A stretch of 58,536 nucleotides of DNA from Bigelowiella natans CCMP2755 (taxonomy: Eukaryota > Protista > Cercozoa): NCBI GenBank assembly GCA_000320545.1, contig ADNK01000552.1, positions 1-58,536 of the forward strand, given 5' to 3'. The position numbers and the translations under genes are program-made. Under the pieces are notes generated by a model. It saw only the letters and a list, made by a program, of their open reading frames with translations. It was not told the DNA's origin and did not search any database. This document shows, piece after piece, positions 13,786 through 28,031 of this stretch (positions within the stretch are counted from its first letter, which is position 1; every line of letters begins with the position of its first letter).

Positions 13786-15852
13786 ATGGGGTTTTCACAG
13801 AAACGACAACATGATATGGCTTTATATGATGTTTGTGTCCAAAAATCTGCAAATTCGACCGCTTTCGACGTTCGGAAAGGATCGGCGGCCTCTCCGAAGC
13901 TGCCCTCCTCCCCGGGGATGTACCGAAGGGCTGCTTCATTGGAGCGCTCTGTGAGCCCGTTCTATCGATTCGTGGCACGACAGAGGCAACGGGTATCTGC
14001 GCATGCTCAGAGCTGTACAAATACACCGTCTCTCACGATTGATGGTGTGACTCATTCCAGGCCCTGTTTGCAAGAGCGTTGTCACTGACATCGTTGTCTC
14101 TGTGCTTGAGGCTAAGTGCTCAAAGGGGACCACTCTTACTTTCTGATGAGAGTGCCCGCCCATTGGACTGCAGATTTGAGTTCGAAGGTAGTACACGCCA
14201 TCGTATTATCATATCAATATCATTATATTATTATTTCTCCACCCATAAATAATGCACAATCCAATGTAGTAAGAAAGTGGAACGGTGCTGCTGGTGGTGT
14301 AACTTCCACAGGTGATCAGAGAAGATCTTCTCGCAGCAGGTCCACCGTCAATATAATGGGTTCCATGTACCGCCGTCACTTCACTTCTCAAAGGGCAAGG
14401 GGGGGGGCAAGGGGTGGAGCTTCGCAGGAGGACGACTACCAGCCTTCTGGTCATACCATACACCCTGATGCTTTGCTGCCTGTCCATTAAATATCGAAAC
14501 TATGTATAATACTTGAGGACCTACGTGCCTTTGACTAAGATTATCTTCATCTTCTTTAATGAAGAATGGCTGCAGTCACCTCGTTTATTTCAGTAATCTG
14601 TTCGCAGAATCAGAATTGAGAGCGTTCCGAAAGCGCCTTGAGGAGAATGACTACTGCACAGAAATCGAAAGGAAGGTAGAAAGAGCACGAAAAAGGAATA
14701 AGGATAGGGTGTGGTCAATGAAAAATTGTCAAGGTTTCTCTCAAATCGTTGGTTCTAACAAACAACTAAGGTGTTGAATCTTCGCTTTGGCCTTCTTGAC
14801 GGAGTGCGTCGAACACCGGAAGATGTCGCTACAGTTGAGTATATACGCCCATATGAGGATATCATCAGATCATAAAAATACGTTGTACTGCTTGAAGAGC
14901 AACAAGAAAATTGTATCATTCCTCCTTGTTCTGCCTTTTCTCCTCACGCATGCACTCATCCTTCTCCTTCTTCTTATGTCTACCATGTAGGAGTTAGGAA
15001 TATCCCCTGAACTCGTCCATCAACACACTAGAACAGCGTCACGAAAACTCCCAATTGTGTCCTCTGAGGGTCCTGTTGAGATTATTTATAAGGTGGTGGG
15101 CAATGGTGACTAGCAAACAGCAATAGAGCTGAGAATCATAGCTGCTACTGTCTCACCCCCCCCCCCCCCAACGGTAGAGTACTTCCCTTCTCTTCCGTCA
15201 ATATACCGACGACGTGCCGCTGCTGCATCCTGTTCTTTTTTTTTCCCTGCCTCATCATAGGATAGCGACGTTGTTGCCATTAACAAGCACTCGGGTGTGC
15301 GGTCACAACCTATTCACAGGTTCAAAGGCGACAGGTTTGGACAAGTAGTTGTTGGGGAAGAAGGGAGATGCAATCGTTGATTGTTTTATGTGAAAATGTG
15401 GTGATGGAGGGGAGGAGGAAGAGAAGGAGGAGGGATTGTGTGTCTATATCAGTTTGTTTATCAATATGATAGTGCGTAGGAAGGAACGTGTCTTAAAGAA
15501 AAGAGGGGGCTGATGTCCTCCTACTCCTCATGTTGTTAATTCAGCGCTGTGCAGAGGCTCGTTCGAGTGCTTGGAAAAGCTCCTTTGGTTGTCCATAGGT
15601 GGGTGTCGATAATAACGGTGATGATGGTGATTGTTAAGATGACCATCACCTTATTAAGACTAGGTATCAAGAGTACTGTACTCGTGCTGATGATATTGAG
15701 ATTTTCACCTCGTTTCTCATAAAATTTTCCCTCTCCTGTCGTTGGTTACGACAGATTGGACATGCAGACATCGGGGGCACTTCTGTTTGCCTTACACTCA
15801 AAGGCAGCTTCGAGACTCATCGTAAGAAGAAGAGAACACGGCAGTGTGTGTG

Positions 15853-15887
<35 letters not shown>

Positions 15888-16339
15888 GTACAGATATACT
15901 ATGATGACGTGTGCTCGTAGTACGATGACTCTATCGCCCTTTTACCATCAAACACTATTTCCTTGTTTATGCATGGTGATGATTGCTGGTTTGCTGTTTG
16001 CACACTTTGTTGCTGCTAGTCTCAATTCCAAGCGCGAGAGGTGCGGAAACGGTATCTGCTGATCGCGGCGGGGATCCCATCCGAAGCTCACTTTAAGTAG
16101 TTTTGTCATAATGACAATGACGATGATGTTGGCTGAGAATTGCTGCTGCATTTCTTTCGCTGTTTTCGATGCAAATGTGAGCAATTGCCTGTCTACCAAA
16201 CGCACAACAGGGTGGATGCGAAGATAGGACCTCATGCGAACGTCAAAGTGATGAGAGCTATCACTCCTGGTCTCTCCCCCCCTTGTTAAAGTGGTGAATT
16301 GTGATGGTCGTTTGAAATTTGAAGATATTTTTCATCATC

Positions 16340-16370
<31 letters not shown>

Positions 16371-16984
16371 CCTCGATAATCCATATTGTGATTCCCTGAT
16401 TCAGACGGTCAAGCAGCTCTAACCCATTTCGATGTTATTGCTACCCAAACAAAGGCGCAATGGTCGGTAGTATTTGATGATGGTGCGGTGATCTCCCCAC
16501 AGCATCCAATCGATCGATGATTTAAAGCTATGACTCATCATGTTGTGTGTGTTGCTGTCGCCATTTTGCCAATGTCAACGATGATAGGAAAGAGAGGAAA
16601 GCAGAGATTCGTTCGGTGTTGCAACAAGCTCGTAAATCATCGTCGCCGTCATCGCCCTTTGGCCATGAGGAGGGGGGCAGGAAGAGAGAAGAGGAGGACA
16701 TCGACGCTACCATCGACGATCTTGAACGTAACTTTCCGGAAGAAGGCGTAAGTTTTATCATGGCAGCACCACACACTGGCAGAACGCACCAGATCCGCCT
16801 CCATATTACCCATAAAGGTAAGTAGTAGTAGTAGTAGTAGTAGTAGTAGCAGTAGTAGTAGCAGAAGCGATAGTAGTATAAGCTACTGAGGAGGTGGTGA
16901 GAACTTAGATGAGTCCTCCTCCTTCTATTTCATCCTTTTCTCTTCCTCTCTCTTTGGATCGTGTTTCTCCCTGACTAACGGTAG

Positions 16985-17027
<43 letters not shown>

Positions 17028-17520
17028 GGCACCCCATTCTTGGTGATGACCTATATGGCCCGCAGGTACTAGTAATACTAACAGATGTGTAGTAGATGTA
17101 TCATGAGCACCCTCAGAAAGATACGCTCTTATAGCGTATTCCTTCTCTGTCCGCGGGCCACAACTTGACTTTGATAACCACATCTCGATGTCTCTGCTAC
17201 TACTACTCGAACAACAACAGGGACTTTGGATCGATCGCCTTGCCCTTCATTCGCATTCTCTTGAGTTGAACCACCCGGATTGCTGCAGCACAGACAGCCA
17301 AGACAGCAGCAACATTGAGTGCCCGCCATCGTCATCAGGAACATCATCAAAATCCGGATCCGCAGGCAACAATGGCGGCGAAAACGGTCGACGGCTGCTT
17401 GCACTTAGAGCTCCATTGCCTCCTGACATGGCGCATGCGTGCAGGCTGCTAGGACTTGACGTTCCTCGAGAGCTAATTCTGCCTGGTCTTTCGATAGACA
17501 CTGCTGAAGAAGATGATTAG
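13786..17520 (+). CDS. RluA-family pseudouridine synthase with an upstream sigma70 region-4-like HTH; 5' end uncertain
   Basis: Spliced IIYKDSDVVAINKHSG, VVHRLDMQTSGALLFA (catalytic HRLD), VRKRY, PHTGRTHQIRLH, PILGDDLYG, RLALHSHSLELNHP, APLPPDM; stop ends at 17520. Confidence 0.9.
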
Positions 17521-18378
17521 CAATGCTGTCAGGGTTGTGATTATATCGATCTGCACGTGCATCTCTCCATCAAACTAATCAAAAACAGGATTTATCATTG
17601 TGGATGCCAGTTGCAATCCTGCTAGCCATGCTAGAATGGAGTTTTCTGAATGCGGCGATGACACATGACAGCTAGATACACGCATACTCTACCACAGCCC
17701 AAATATGTGCCGCACACCACCCACATGCACATGTGTGTACACATTTATGCATGGGCATTTTGTGCCATGCACGTATATGTTTAGACAGCGCGCGCTGCTT
17801 GGACAAAACAAACAGAACAACATATAATATCAATGACGACAAATGAATTTTCAAGATGCATGATTTTGCGAAACGTGTGCATGGCATGCAACGTATTTTA
17901 GGCTACGTGTGTTGCCATACGATCACAATGCACGCAGCAAACATTCGTGATAGTGCGTGACCACGCTAGCTAGCTAGCACGCAAGCACGGCATGAACACA
18001 GCAGAGTGCCTAATTCACCTTGCATCCTCATGCGCCAGCGCGCATTGAAGCTAGGCGGGACCAAACATACCAGAGCATTCAGACATGCGACACACCACAT
18101 ATGTGAGCACAGCATCTTAGCAATCGATGTGGTTGCATGACACATGTGTATGGCAACAACAACTATGCAAGCAATGCATCACGTGCGTGCTCAACGTGCA
18201 ACATGCCACTTTGCCATAATGCCACTGTTTCTGCCGCCAGTCTCAAATTGCAATTTTTCACATCTTCTCATACCATCTACTCGCTTGCCCATGCGGACGC
18301 ATTGCCATGCATGAATCGTGTGAATACTTTGACTTCTACTTACGATGTAAGTATACTTTATCATGCGACTTCAAAATA

Positions 18379-20584
18379 CTATCTTCTACCCTTTCCCTTG
18401 GCCTTAGATTTCATTTTTAGGTAACTTTTACGCTTCTCCTTCTTCTGACGCTGCTTCCTAATCTCTGCCTTCGACTTTAGTTCCTCCTTCACATCGTCAT
18501 TGGCCTTTTTAGCCTTCATAGCCGCCGTGTTGATGGTGCCTCCGTGAGTCCTTTGCTTCCATTTTTCGTAAAGCTGTGGCACGTACTTCTTCGATATCCT
18601 TGCCCCGCTCTCATTAACGCCTCCTGTGATGTTATCAACCTGGACTTGAATGTACTTCTTCTTCTTCAGATCCCACTTGTGCACGCGTCGCTTCTGTTTC
18701 AGCGCCTCGGCATCCTCGGGGTCGAGCTCCAAGATGTGGTCGTCTATTCGCATAGCGTTGCTATCACCTCGTGACTTATCGTGGACATCTAAAGCGTCCG
18801 TATTCTCTGCAGGTACCCCCGTGATGAAGAACTTTGGATCTCGAAAATCGCGTTTCTTCTGCTTCTGTTTCTTTTTCCTCCTCTCCTCTCCTTCCTCCTC
18901 CCCCACCCCCCCTGAGGCGCTCGCCTTCTGCTGATCTCCTCGGCTGCGTTTTTTCCCATTCCTTTTCCTCCTTCGGGGCTTTCGAGCGGCGAACACTTTT
19001 TTGCTGCTGCTACTCGTGCTAATGGCGCCGCCGTCGTTTTTGTTTTCATTGCTATTGATTCTGGTGCGCTGGTTGCCTCCATCCCCTTTCCTTTCATTTT
19101 CGCTACTCTTGTTATTACTATCGAGTTCATCATTAGTCTTTCTGTTTTTCCTCGAAGATGATGACTGACCCTCCTCCTCCTCCTTCTTCGTCTCGTCCTG
19201 TTCTAATGACCCTAGATCGTCATCTCCATCCCCAACCCCTTCGTTCATCTTGGCTTGGCGCTCCCTTTCGCGGATTAGGTACCTAGTTGGAGATGAGACG
19301 AGTGAGTATACGATACGAACACGGCTAGCAACGGTGGTGGGGTGGTGGTTGTGATGGCGAATATGACGATAGATGAAGAGTGCAAAACTACTACTCCTAG
19401 TTCTCTGTCGTTAGCATTGAACTGACTCATGTTCGCGTCGTTTGGTCTGCATGATACGATTGCCGGCCTTGTTGGAGTTCTGCAGCTGCTCAAAGATCGT
19501 CTTCTTAGACCGGAACTGTCGAATTGACCGCAGCATATCAACTCCCCCGCTTTCGTTGGCACTATACGAGGAGGATGCATCTTGGCTATGTCCTGTCAGT
19601 GTGTCGTAGCAAGAGCACAAAGAGAAAGCTTATAGTCTATTTCAACAATCATAATAGCAGTGCAATGTATAATATGTGATGTTATAGTGTAAGGGTATGC
19701 AAATTGTCCTCACTAATGACCGTTTTCTCCTCCTCCTCCTCCTCCTTCATTCATCTTCTTCGTCTTATTATTTTTGCAAAAGAGGGGATGTACTCCGTCC
19801 TCCAACTTCTTTCCCCGCGTAACAGAAGCGTACGACGCCCTGACATTAGATAGAAGAGCAGAATAGAACACACAATAGTCATCATCCTGACTTGAGGTAC
19901 TTCTTCCTTCCAAAATAGTAAAAATGTTTGCATCAATGCTGATCTCGTTGTGATGAAGCAGTTGAGCTTTGTACAGGAACCATCATCGGTTATTCGCCGT
20001 ACATAAAATAATCCATCCTTCTCATCTAAGCTGTATTTTTATTACCCAGATCGCGTCTTGTAGTACATTTTATATGCTCGTTCGGATACAGCGTGGAGTT
20101 TCTGCAGAGAGTGCCTTGCGATTAGATTGCGACAAATGTCAACTTCTTCCGTCAGCTCGGCCCTTGGAAATCCTCCGTAGTACATCTCCTCACTGTTGGC
20201 GCCATCTTCTTCTTCTTCTTCATTGCCATCATTCTCAACGCCTAGCAGCAAATGGCGGTAAGGATTGTTGCCGAAGATGAAGCTTGACTGAATGCTACAG
20301 CTACTGTCATTTCCTCTATTATTTCTACCTGGCTGCTGCTTTGACGGAAGGTGTCGTTGCTTCTGGCTCTTCTTATTGTTGAGGAGCCCTCGCCCAAGGA
20401 AGAGAAAGAGATCCACCATATATGCCCTCTCGTCGTTCGACACTAAGCTGTAAGCGGTGCCATCACGCCCTACCAAATCACACCATAGCAGCAGCAGCAC
20501 CAGCAGCACCGTCGGTAAATGACGCACAACTAACATTATATCCCGATCATAATACATATCCTGTTTTATATGCTATAAGTATAT

Positions 20585-20616
<32 letters not shown>

Positions 20617-22664
20617 AATGATGATGCCTCTACCTGCACGCGCCACACGGCCAACCCTATGGACAAACAGCTTGGAGCGAGATGGAAAATCGTAGTTAAC
20701 GACGTTGTCCAGCAAAGGGATGTCGATTCCTCGTGCTGCCACGTCCGTAACGATCATGAAACGCACCTTTCGCGCCCTGAACTTGGCGATATTTATCTTT
20801 CTGGAAGCTGAGTCCATCGATCCTACCACAGAGTCACCAGCCCACATCATTATAAAATAGAATAATAAATAATTATATAAGCAGTCGTTCAGTCATTGCA
20901 TCAAGGCATGAACGAAGGCAGAACCGACCGTATACAGGGCAGCAATCGAGACCAGCAGCATTACAGACATTCACCTTGATCCAATCGTACACAAAACAAA
21001 TCAAAATAAACGATCGATAGATATAGCGGTGCGAATGTTATAGCATCAGCACTGAAGGTGGTTGATAACTTAAATAATACCAGCAGCTCGACGTGGTGTT
21101 TAGTTGCGGCGAAGACAAGGGCCTGCTGCTTCTGGGGTATTACGTGCTTCAGGATGTAAAACAACCCTCCCATCTTTTCCGCCTTCCGCAGAATAAAGAA
21201 CGCCATCTTCAAGTTTTCACTTATTTTGCTCTCGACATCGAGTCGCACGATTTCTGCATTATGGAAACAGCAGCAGCAGCAGCAGCAGCTTAGCCTGCGA
21301 GATGATGATGCGAGATGATGATGGGTCAACAACGCAACGAGGAAGGAAGGAAAGCGATGATGGGCAATCATTCAAATTGTACATCTCAATTGCTTCGATT
21401 TGTTGGTTTGGTTGGATGAGTGAATCGTTCGTGTCTTTTTTTGTTTTTTCTCCTGTTGCTGCTATCGGTCTATCTTCTGCTGTCGCACAAACCAACCAGG
21501 GTTCCGTAAGCCTGCCCTCGTGAATTCGGCAACCATCTTTGGCATCGTAGCTGAGAAGAGAAGCGTCTGCCGAGACGCTGACATCTTGCTCATGATGTCG
21601 TGGATTTGATGCGCGAAACCCATCTCGAACAACCGATCCGCTTCGTCGAAGACGAGGTATTCCACGGTCTTAAACAAAGGAAGCAGGATGGTGGAGAAAG
21701 TAGAAGAAAACGGAAAAATATGATAGATATAAGCAATTGCTCAAGGCTAAGATTATGCTGGAGTGAGCGATGCAGACAAGTGTGGAGATAGTAGCAGCGT
21801 AGATGTAATTACCTTGAGAGAGAACTTCACCTCGAGCAGGTGGTGGACAAGTCTGCCTGGAGTCGCGATTATCACGTCAGGGTGCTTTGAAAGGGCCATG
21901 AACTGCTTTTCCATCGATGCCCCCCCCACTAATAGGCAGAATCCTAGAGTCGTGAATCGTCCCAGCTGCTTTGCAACGCTGTGCGTCTGTAACGCCAGCT
22001 CCCGGGTGGGGGACAATATCACTGACCTTTGGTAGTGGCAGGATATTAAACCAAGAATGGATCCGTATTTAGGAGGCCACACACCATGCATGCATGATTA
22101 CTTATGTGATTCGATCGTCAAAATTGAATGTTGTTATCAACATGTGCAGACCTAACATCAAACTTGGGCCGATGCTCCTTCAACTTCTCAAGGAGGGGAA
22201 CCAAGAAGGCCGCAGTTTTCCCGGAACCAGTTCTCGCCATCGCAACGACGTCGCGCCCGGAGAGTATCAGTGGGATGCTCTTTCTCTGAAAAAACCAACC
22301 AACTGTGTTTGATTGTCATGCTCACGAAAGCACAGTACTGTTGAGATGGGACCGATTACTCATCGGAAGCACAGTGTTGACTAAGTTGATGCTCTACTTC
22401 AACTATGTGCCATTGCCTATATACCTGGATAGGGGTGGGGACTTTGAAGCCCTTTTTCATTATTCCCCTAAATACCGGCTCGCATAGACCCATAGATTGA
22501 AATCCTCCCGATTTCTTCTTTTTCTTTTTGTCTCTTCTCTTGTTAGCCCCCCCGGCCTGGTGTTGGGAAATAATTGAAATACATCACGCAAGTCAAAACC
22601 TCTCCAATGTTCACGGTGCATCTATGAGTACCTCTTGGGCTAGGGCGATAGTAGGGAAGTCCAT
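18379..22664 (-). CDS. DDX54: DEAD-box RNA helicase DBP10/DDX54 (60S biogenesis)
   Basis: [82 protein letters not shown], and the DBP10-type C-terminus ([29 protein letters not shown]). Confidence 0.95.
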
Positions 22665-22758
22665 TTTGAAGCTCTTTTCTTCCTCTCCCCGCGCCTTATC
22701 CTCCAGCTATTCGAAGGTTTATGTTATGTTAGTGACACGTATTTCTCCGCTTTCAAAC

Positions 22759-22791
<33 letters not shown>

Positions 22792-23735
22792 AATGTTTTG
22801 GTTTCACAGAAACGGAAATTTGCAAGAACAAAACCAAACTTCACAAAGAACGGAAATTATGTACAGAGTGACCCCCACCTAGTATTGCAGCGGCCTCGAG
22901 CAAGTGAAGGGGGGTGCTGCTTCGAGCGGGACGGATGAGCAGTGATTCGGGCAGGTCGGCGACTGGATTGTGGAATGAAAAATTTGATAATAGACCAGAT
23001 TTCAAGCCGGATATATCCTACGATAAATTTACATCTTAGTTTTACCGAGTGTTCGTTCATGATGTTACGGGCTCTGAAAACAAGCAGCTTCAGGCAGTTT
23101 GGTCGGTTCGGTCGAATCGGCGATGGAATGTAGGGGAATGTACCTGAAATATATGGCCATTGTGTTGTCGCGCGTGATAATCGGAACCTCATGTTTCTTT
23201 TCGATGTTTCGATTTACTACCAATTCTATCGGAGAATTTCTTACTCATTAATATCGCCGATCAGTTCGAATTTTCAGTTTGCAGACGATTTTAAATCCCG
23301 GTTTTTATTGTCATATTGATAAAATAGCTATGAAATGTCGGAAATCTAAACTTGCGACAACAAGATTGAGGCATTTATTCCGATTCGTACGCTGGTTCCG
23401 ACACGACGAAGGTCTTACTTTGAGCTGGGTACAGGACGCGAGGTAGGGGCAGCATTCTCGTTCGTTCGTCCTCTAGATTGATCGGGAGGGGTGGCTGAAG
23501 AATCTTGTTTCCATAGAGGGGTCTTTTTGAACAATATTAGGGAGTTATGCGTGTGTGTGTGTGTGTGGGGGGGGGGGTGGTTAAAGAGTGGGGTGTGGTT
23601 CTCTCCGGAATCTTGCTGTGTGTCGGGTGAATAAGATGTTCTATTCCCCGTAGTTCCATCACTGGTTATGTTATGTTATCCAGGAGGAGGTTAAACGCTC
23701 TCAAAAAGAAATCGCGGGATTTATTCGAAGTGAAA
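22665..23735. promoter_or_regulatory. Divergent promoter region DBP10 / NOG1, with a probable NOG1 5'UTR intron at 23443-23683
   Basis: Head-to-head starts. A GTAGGG donor and TTATCCAG acceptor flank a (GT)n/G-run segment. GATGAG at 22934 and TGAAAAATTT at 22976. Confidence 0.5.
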
Positions 23736-25234
23736 ATGTCCCATCACAACTTCAAGACCCTCACACCCGTCCCTTCGGCGAAGGTAGTGCAATTATCTTT
23801 TAGTCCGGCGACACGATGTACGCCAACACTGCTGCCGATTAGGGGAGCTTTATCAAAGAGTGTATTTATGTGTTCAGGAAAATTCAATAGACATCAGTTA
23901 GAAGACAAGCTTAATGAATGCAATTTTCTTTTGGTAATAAGCTCTCTTATCATCCCTTCTGCAATAGGACTTTATCGATGTGATTCTGTCAAAAACTCAA
24001 CGAAAGACTCCCACAGTGGTTCATAAAGGATATGCAATCTCAAGAATTAGGTATGTTCTTGATTTTATCGCTTAGCTAGACCACTCTTTGGCCATTCTAT
24101 TCGCCATTTTAGGGGATGATGATTTCATCAGATCGTTCTATATTCGAAAAGTAAAATTTACACAAAGCAACTACCATGAACGCCTGACCACGATTCTCTC
24201 GGAATTCCCACGGTTGGAGGTAATTAAGACGGATTAGACTTTTAAATTAAGAAGATGGTCCGTTGATATCGGGCATGGAGGCAACCATCTCACTCCTTTT
24301 CATTTCTTTATTTGGATGTGTTATTGCCTGTGCACCGGATATTAGGAAGTCCACCCGTTCTATGCCGATTTAATCAACGTTTTGTACTCGCGTGATCATT
24401 ATAAGCTAGCACTCGGTAAGCGTCGTCCTATCCACTTGCATAACTGTTTCTGTCAACTGTAGTCGACTCCTGATCCTCTCTCTTTACTTATCATCCTCCA
24501 TGATATTATTACCATTATCATCACACCCACAACCACCACCAAACTTACTTACCACTCCCATCACCATTACCTAGGTCAGCTCAACACAGCTCGCAACCTG
24601 ATCGACGGGATTGCAAAAGACTATATTCGCATGATAAAGTACGGGGATTCTTTGTACAGATGTAAGCAGCTCAAGCGTGCCGCTCTTGGCCGCATGTGCA
24701 CCCTCATGAAGAAAATGAAGGTGATCATGATGAATTTGTAATAGTGTATCAAGCATGAGATCGAGAGAGATACCTATCAAAAATGTCCTTTCAAAGGTAA
24801 GGTTTGTGATTCCGTGCATACACCGTAGGCCTCCCTGGGGTATTTGGAGCAAGTTAGGCAACACTTGTCGCGTCTTCCAGACATCGATCCGTCAACTCGA
24901 ACGCTACTTATCACAGGATATCCAAACGTAGGCAAGTCCTCTTTCATCAACAAGATCTCTCGCGCCGACGTCGATGTGCAAAACTACGCCTTCACAACGA
25001 AATCTCTATTCGTGGGGCATTTCGACTTTCACTACCACCGCTGGCAGGTATGTAGGAGTGTGTGCGTACGTAAACGTATACGTATGATTCCCTGATAGCA
25101 TCTTGATCATGATGAGAGAAGCGTCTTATTGGTGAGCAATGTCACCGAGTGAAAGAGGATAGTTGATCGAAGGGCACACCAAATACCGACCCAAAGTGGG
25201 CTGCTCCTAGTGAGCAAGAGCAGCCTGATTCACG

Positions 25235-25283
<49 letters not shown>

Positions 25284-25398
25284 ATAAACTTATGAAAAGG
25301 TGATCGATACTCCCGGAATCCTAGATCATCCTCTCGAAGACCGTAACACGATAGAGATGCAAGCCATCACGGCTTTGGCCCACCTGAATGCATGTGAG

Positions 25399-25430
<32 letters not shown>

Positions 25431-25478
25431 AATACAGTTTTGTGGAAGAATACCTTCGCTCCTTATGTGATGTTGGTT

Positions 25479-25513
<35 letters not shown>

Positions 25514-25879
25514 AAAGGTATGGATTATTTCACACTCAGGCATTCTATTCTTCATCGACATCTCGGAAGAGTGTGGGTACTCTATTGAAAAGCAGGTTTG
25601 TGTTTTTAATGTATTGTGAGAGGAAGTTATCATCATCACCATCGTCACTATGGCATGGTCAATGCACTTTCATCAACAGCATCATCATCATCATCATCAT
25701 CATCGATAGGTGTCTCTCTTTCACAACATCAAGCCCCTTTTCACCAACAAACCGATATGCATCGTCTGCAACAAGATCGACTTAAAGGTGATGCTGCTGC
25801 TTCTACTCCTCTTTTTCGACGACAAGGCGCTACTACACAGCCTCATTTATTCGTATCATCGTAGCGGTTGTGGTGGTGA

Positions 25880-25912
<33 letters not shown>

Positions 25913-26470
25913 GTCCTCATCATGTATGCACCAACGTATCGAACAGAAACCCGAAGATGTGGAACCGGAAGATCAAAAGCTCATTCAAACTATGGTTGAT
26001 TACGCAGTAGCTTCGTATTATTATTATTATTATTATTATTAGTAGTAGTAGTAGTTGAAGCAGCAACATGCATAGAAAAGCGATATCAAACACAAAAACA
26101 AATAAGTAATGCGACTCCTTCCCCAATACCATGATTGCTCTGAATATCATCAGATCATAATCTTCGATGAGAATTAAAATAATGATGATGATGATAATAA
26201 TGCTACAGCTGAAAGGAGGGGCGAACACGTCCAAGATGTTCCCAATGTCAAACGTGACTGAAACTGGGATCCACGAGGTTAAGAAGAATGCCTGCACTAT
26301 GCTCCTTGAGCACCGCGTGCAGAAGAAACTCAGGTAGGAACAACAGCAGCAACACGAACCTAGCAAGATGGACAACAGAGAGGGAAAAGAGAACGAGAAA
26401 GGGGAGGGTTATTAACAGTACTATTACACGCTACTGTGCGCAATGGATGTACGTTACAGACATTCTCCAC

Positions 26471-26504
<34 letters not shown>

Positions 26505-26972
26505 AACTACTGCTGCTGCTGCTGCTGTTGGTCAACCTCTACTTACTACCAAAGGTCTGGAAGGGCGACAAGCATCATGAACCGTCTATCTGTGGCCAAA
26601 CCTGTACCAAGAGATTCTAAGGTAAAAGAGGAAGCTATTATTTCTTTTGTTAGCGAAGCAATCGTCTTTCTTTCAAAGTTCATTTCCCCCCCCCCCCTCC
26701 TCCTCCTCCTTCCTCTCGTTCTACTACTAAGCAGCATCATTATCACTCTATCACACACACACACACACGCACGCACATCTACTAATAAACTCTTGGGAGG
26801 AGGGTAAGGGAAGGAACAGATCATGATTTGATATTGATCGTACGCCTATGATTGATTTCTTGTGCCTGCTGCTGCATCACGCGGTTGCCTGTTTCTTCCA
26901 GCCCCGGCCGGTGCACATCCCTGAATCAGTTAGAAGAGCTCAAGCTGCGAAAAAGAAAGGTAACGATGATGA

Positions 26973-27006
<34 letters not shown>

Positions 27007-27995
27007 GGTGATGAGGGCTGATACTCTTGATCGCGAGGATAGTAATGATGATGATGGTGACAATGAAAATCCTTCCTCTTCTTGATCTTATCACTACTAC
27101 ATATTCTGTTGGTGCTAGCTGGATGATGGTAGTGGATGTGACAGCGGTTTACGACGTGTCTTTCACAGAATAACTGACTTTGCTGCTGAATGTGGTTTGC
27201 TGTTCGTGGTGTTGTTTGATATGTGTTGGTAATAACAGGAATTCCAGTACCAAAGCCTAAAACGGAAAAGTAACACCTACACCCCATCAACCTCCCCTTT
27301 TCTTGCTTACCCCCCTCCTGTAGCCAACAATTATCGTTGTGGTGGTGGTGGTGGTGGTGGTGGTGGATAGGGATTGAGTCTCTCTGCTTTCTGCTTTGTT
27401 CTCTCTTATATCGGTCGTTCTTTGCTACTTCTGTTCTTCAAACTGATAGTATTTATTGCTGCTATTACAGAGAGCTGGAGTTGGAGAATGGGGGCCCAGG
27501 TGTGTATCAGCACGATCGTCGCAAATATCACATGCTGAAGAACCCAAACTGGAAGTACGACGTGGTTCCTGAGATCCTCGACGGAAAGGTGTATTGTGTA
27601 TTTTCATTTTACCATTTGCTGCTGCTGCTGCTGCTGCTGCTCATGTGCCGTATAGTCGTACCAACGTTATATGTAGATGCGAACTTCTGCTAAGCCTATC
27701 AGATCAAACCATGATGTGATATTGATGATGAAAAGAACATAATGGGCGATGGCTTGCAAGGATTAGTATACATCTGTTAAGAACTACCTGTGGAAAGGAA
27801 TGCAAGCGCATAAGTTATATTAAAATGTTTCTCCTCTTTTTTCTCATTACCATCATCACTTTATCAGAACATCTCAGACTTTGTGGATCCCGAGATTGAT
27901 AGGAAGCTGGTAGTTGAAACACAACATAATACATGATAGGAGTTGCAACATATCTGCGAGGAAGCTGACGGCTTTATTAATGGCCATAACGATGC

Positions 27996-28031
<36 letters not shown>

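Noticed and set aside
22290-22425. Hairpin in a DBP10 intron considered as an H/ACA snoRNA
   Set aside because: One-sided internal loop and no H box.
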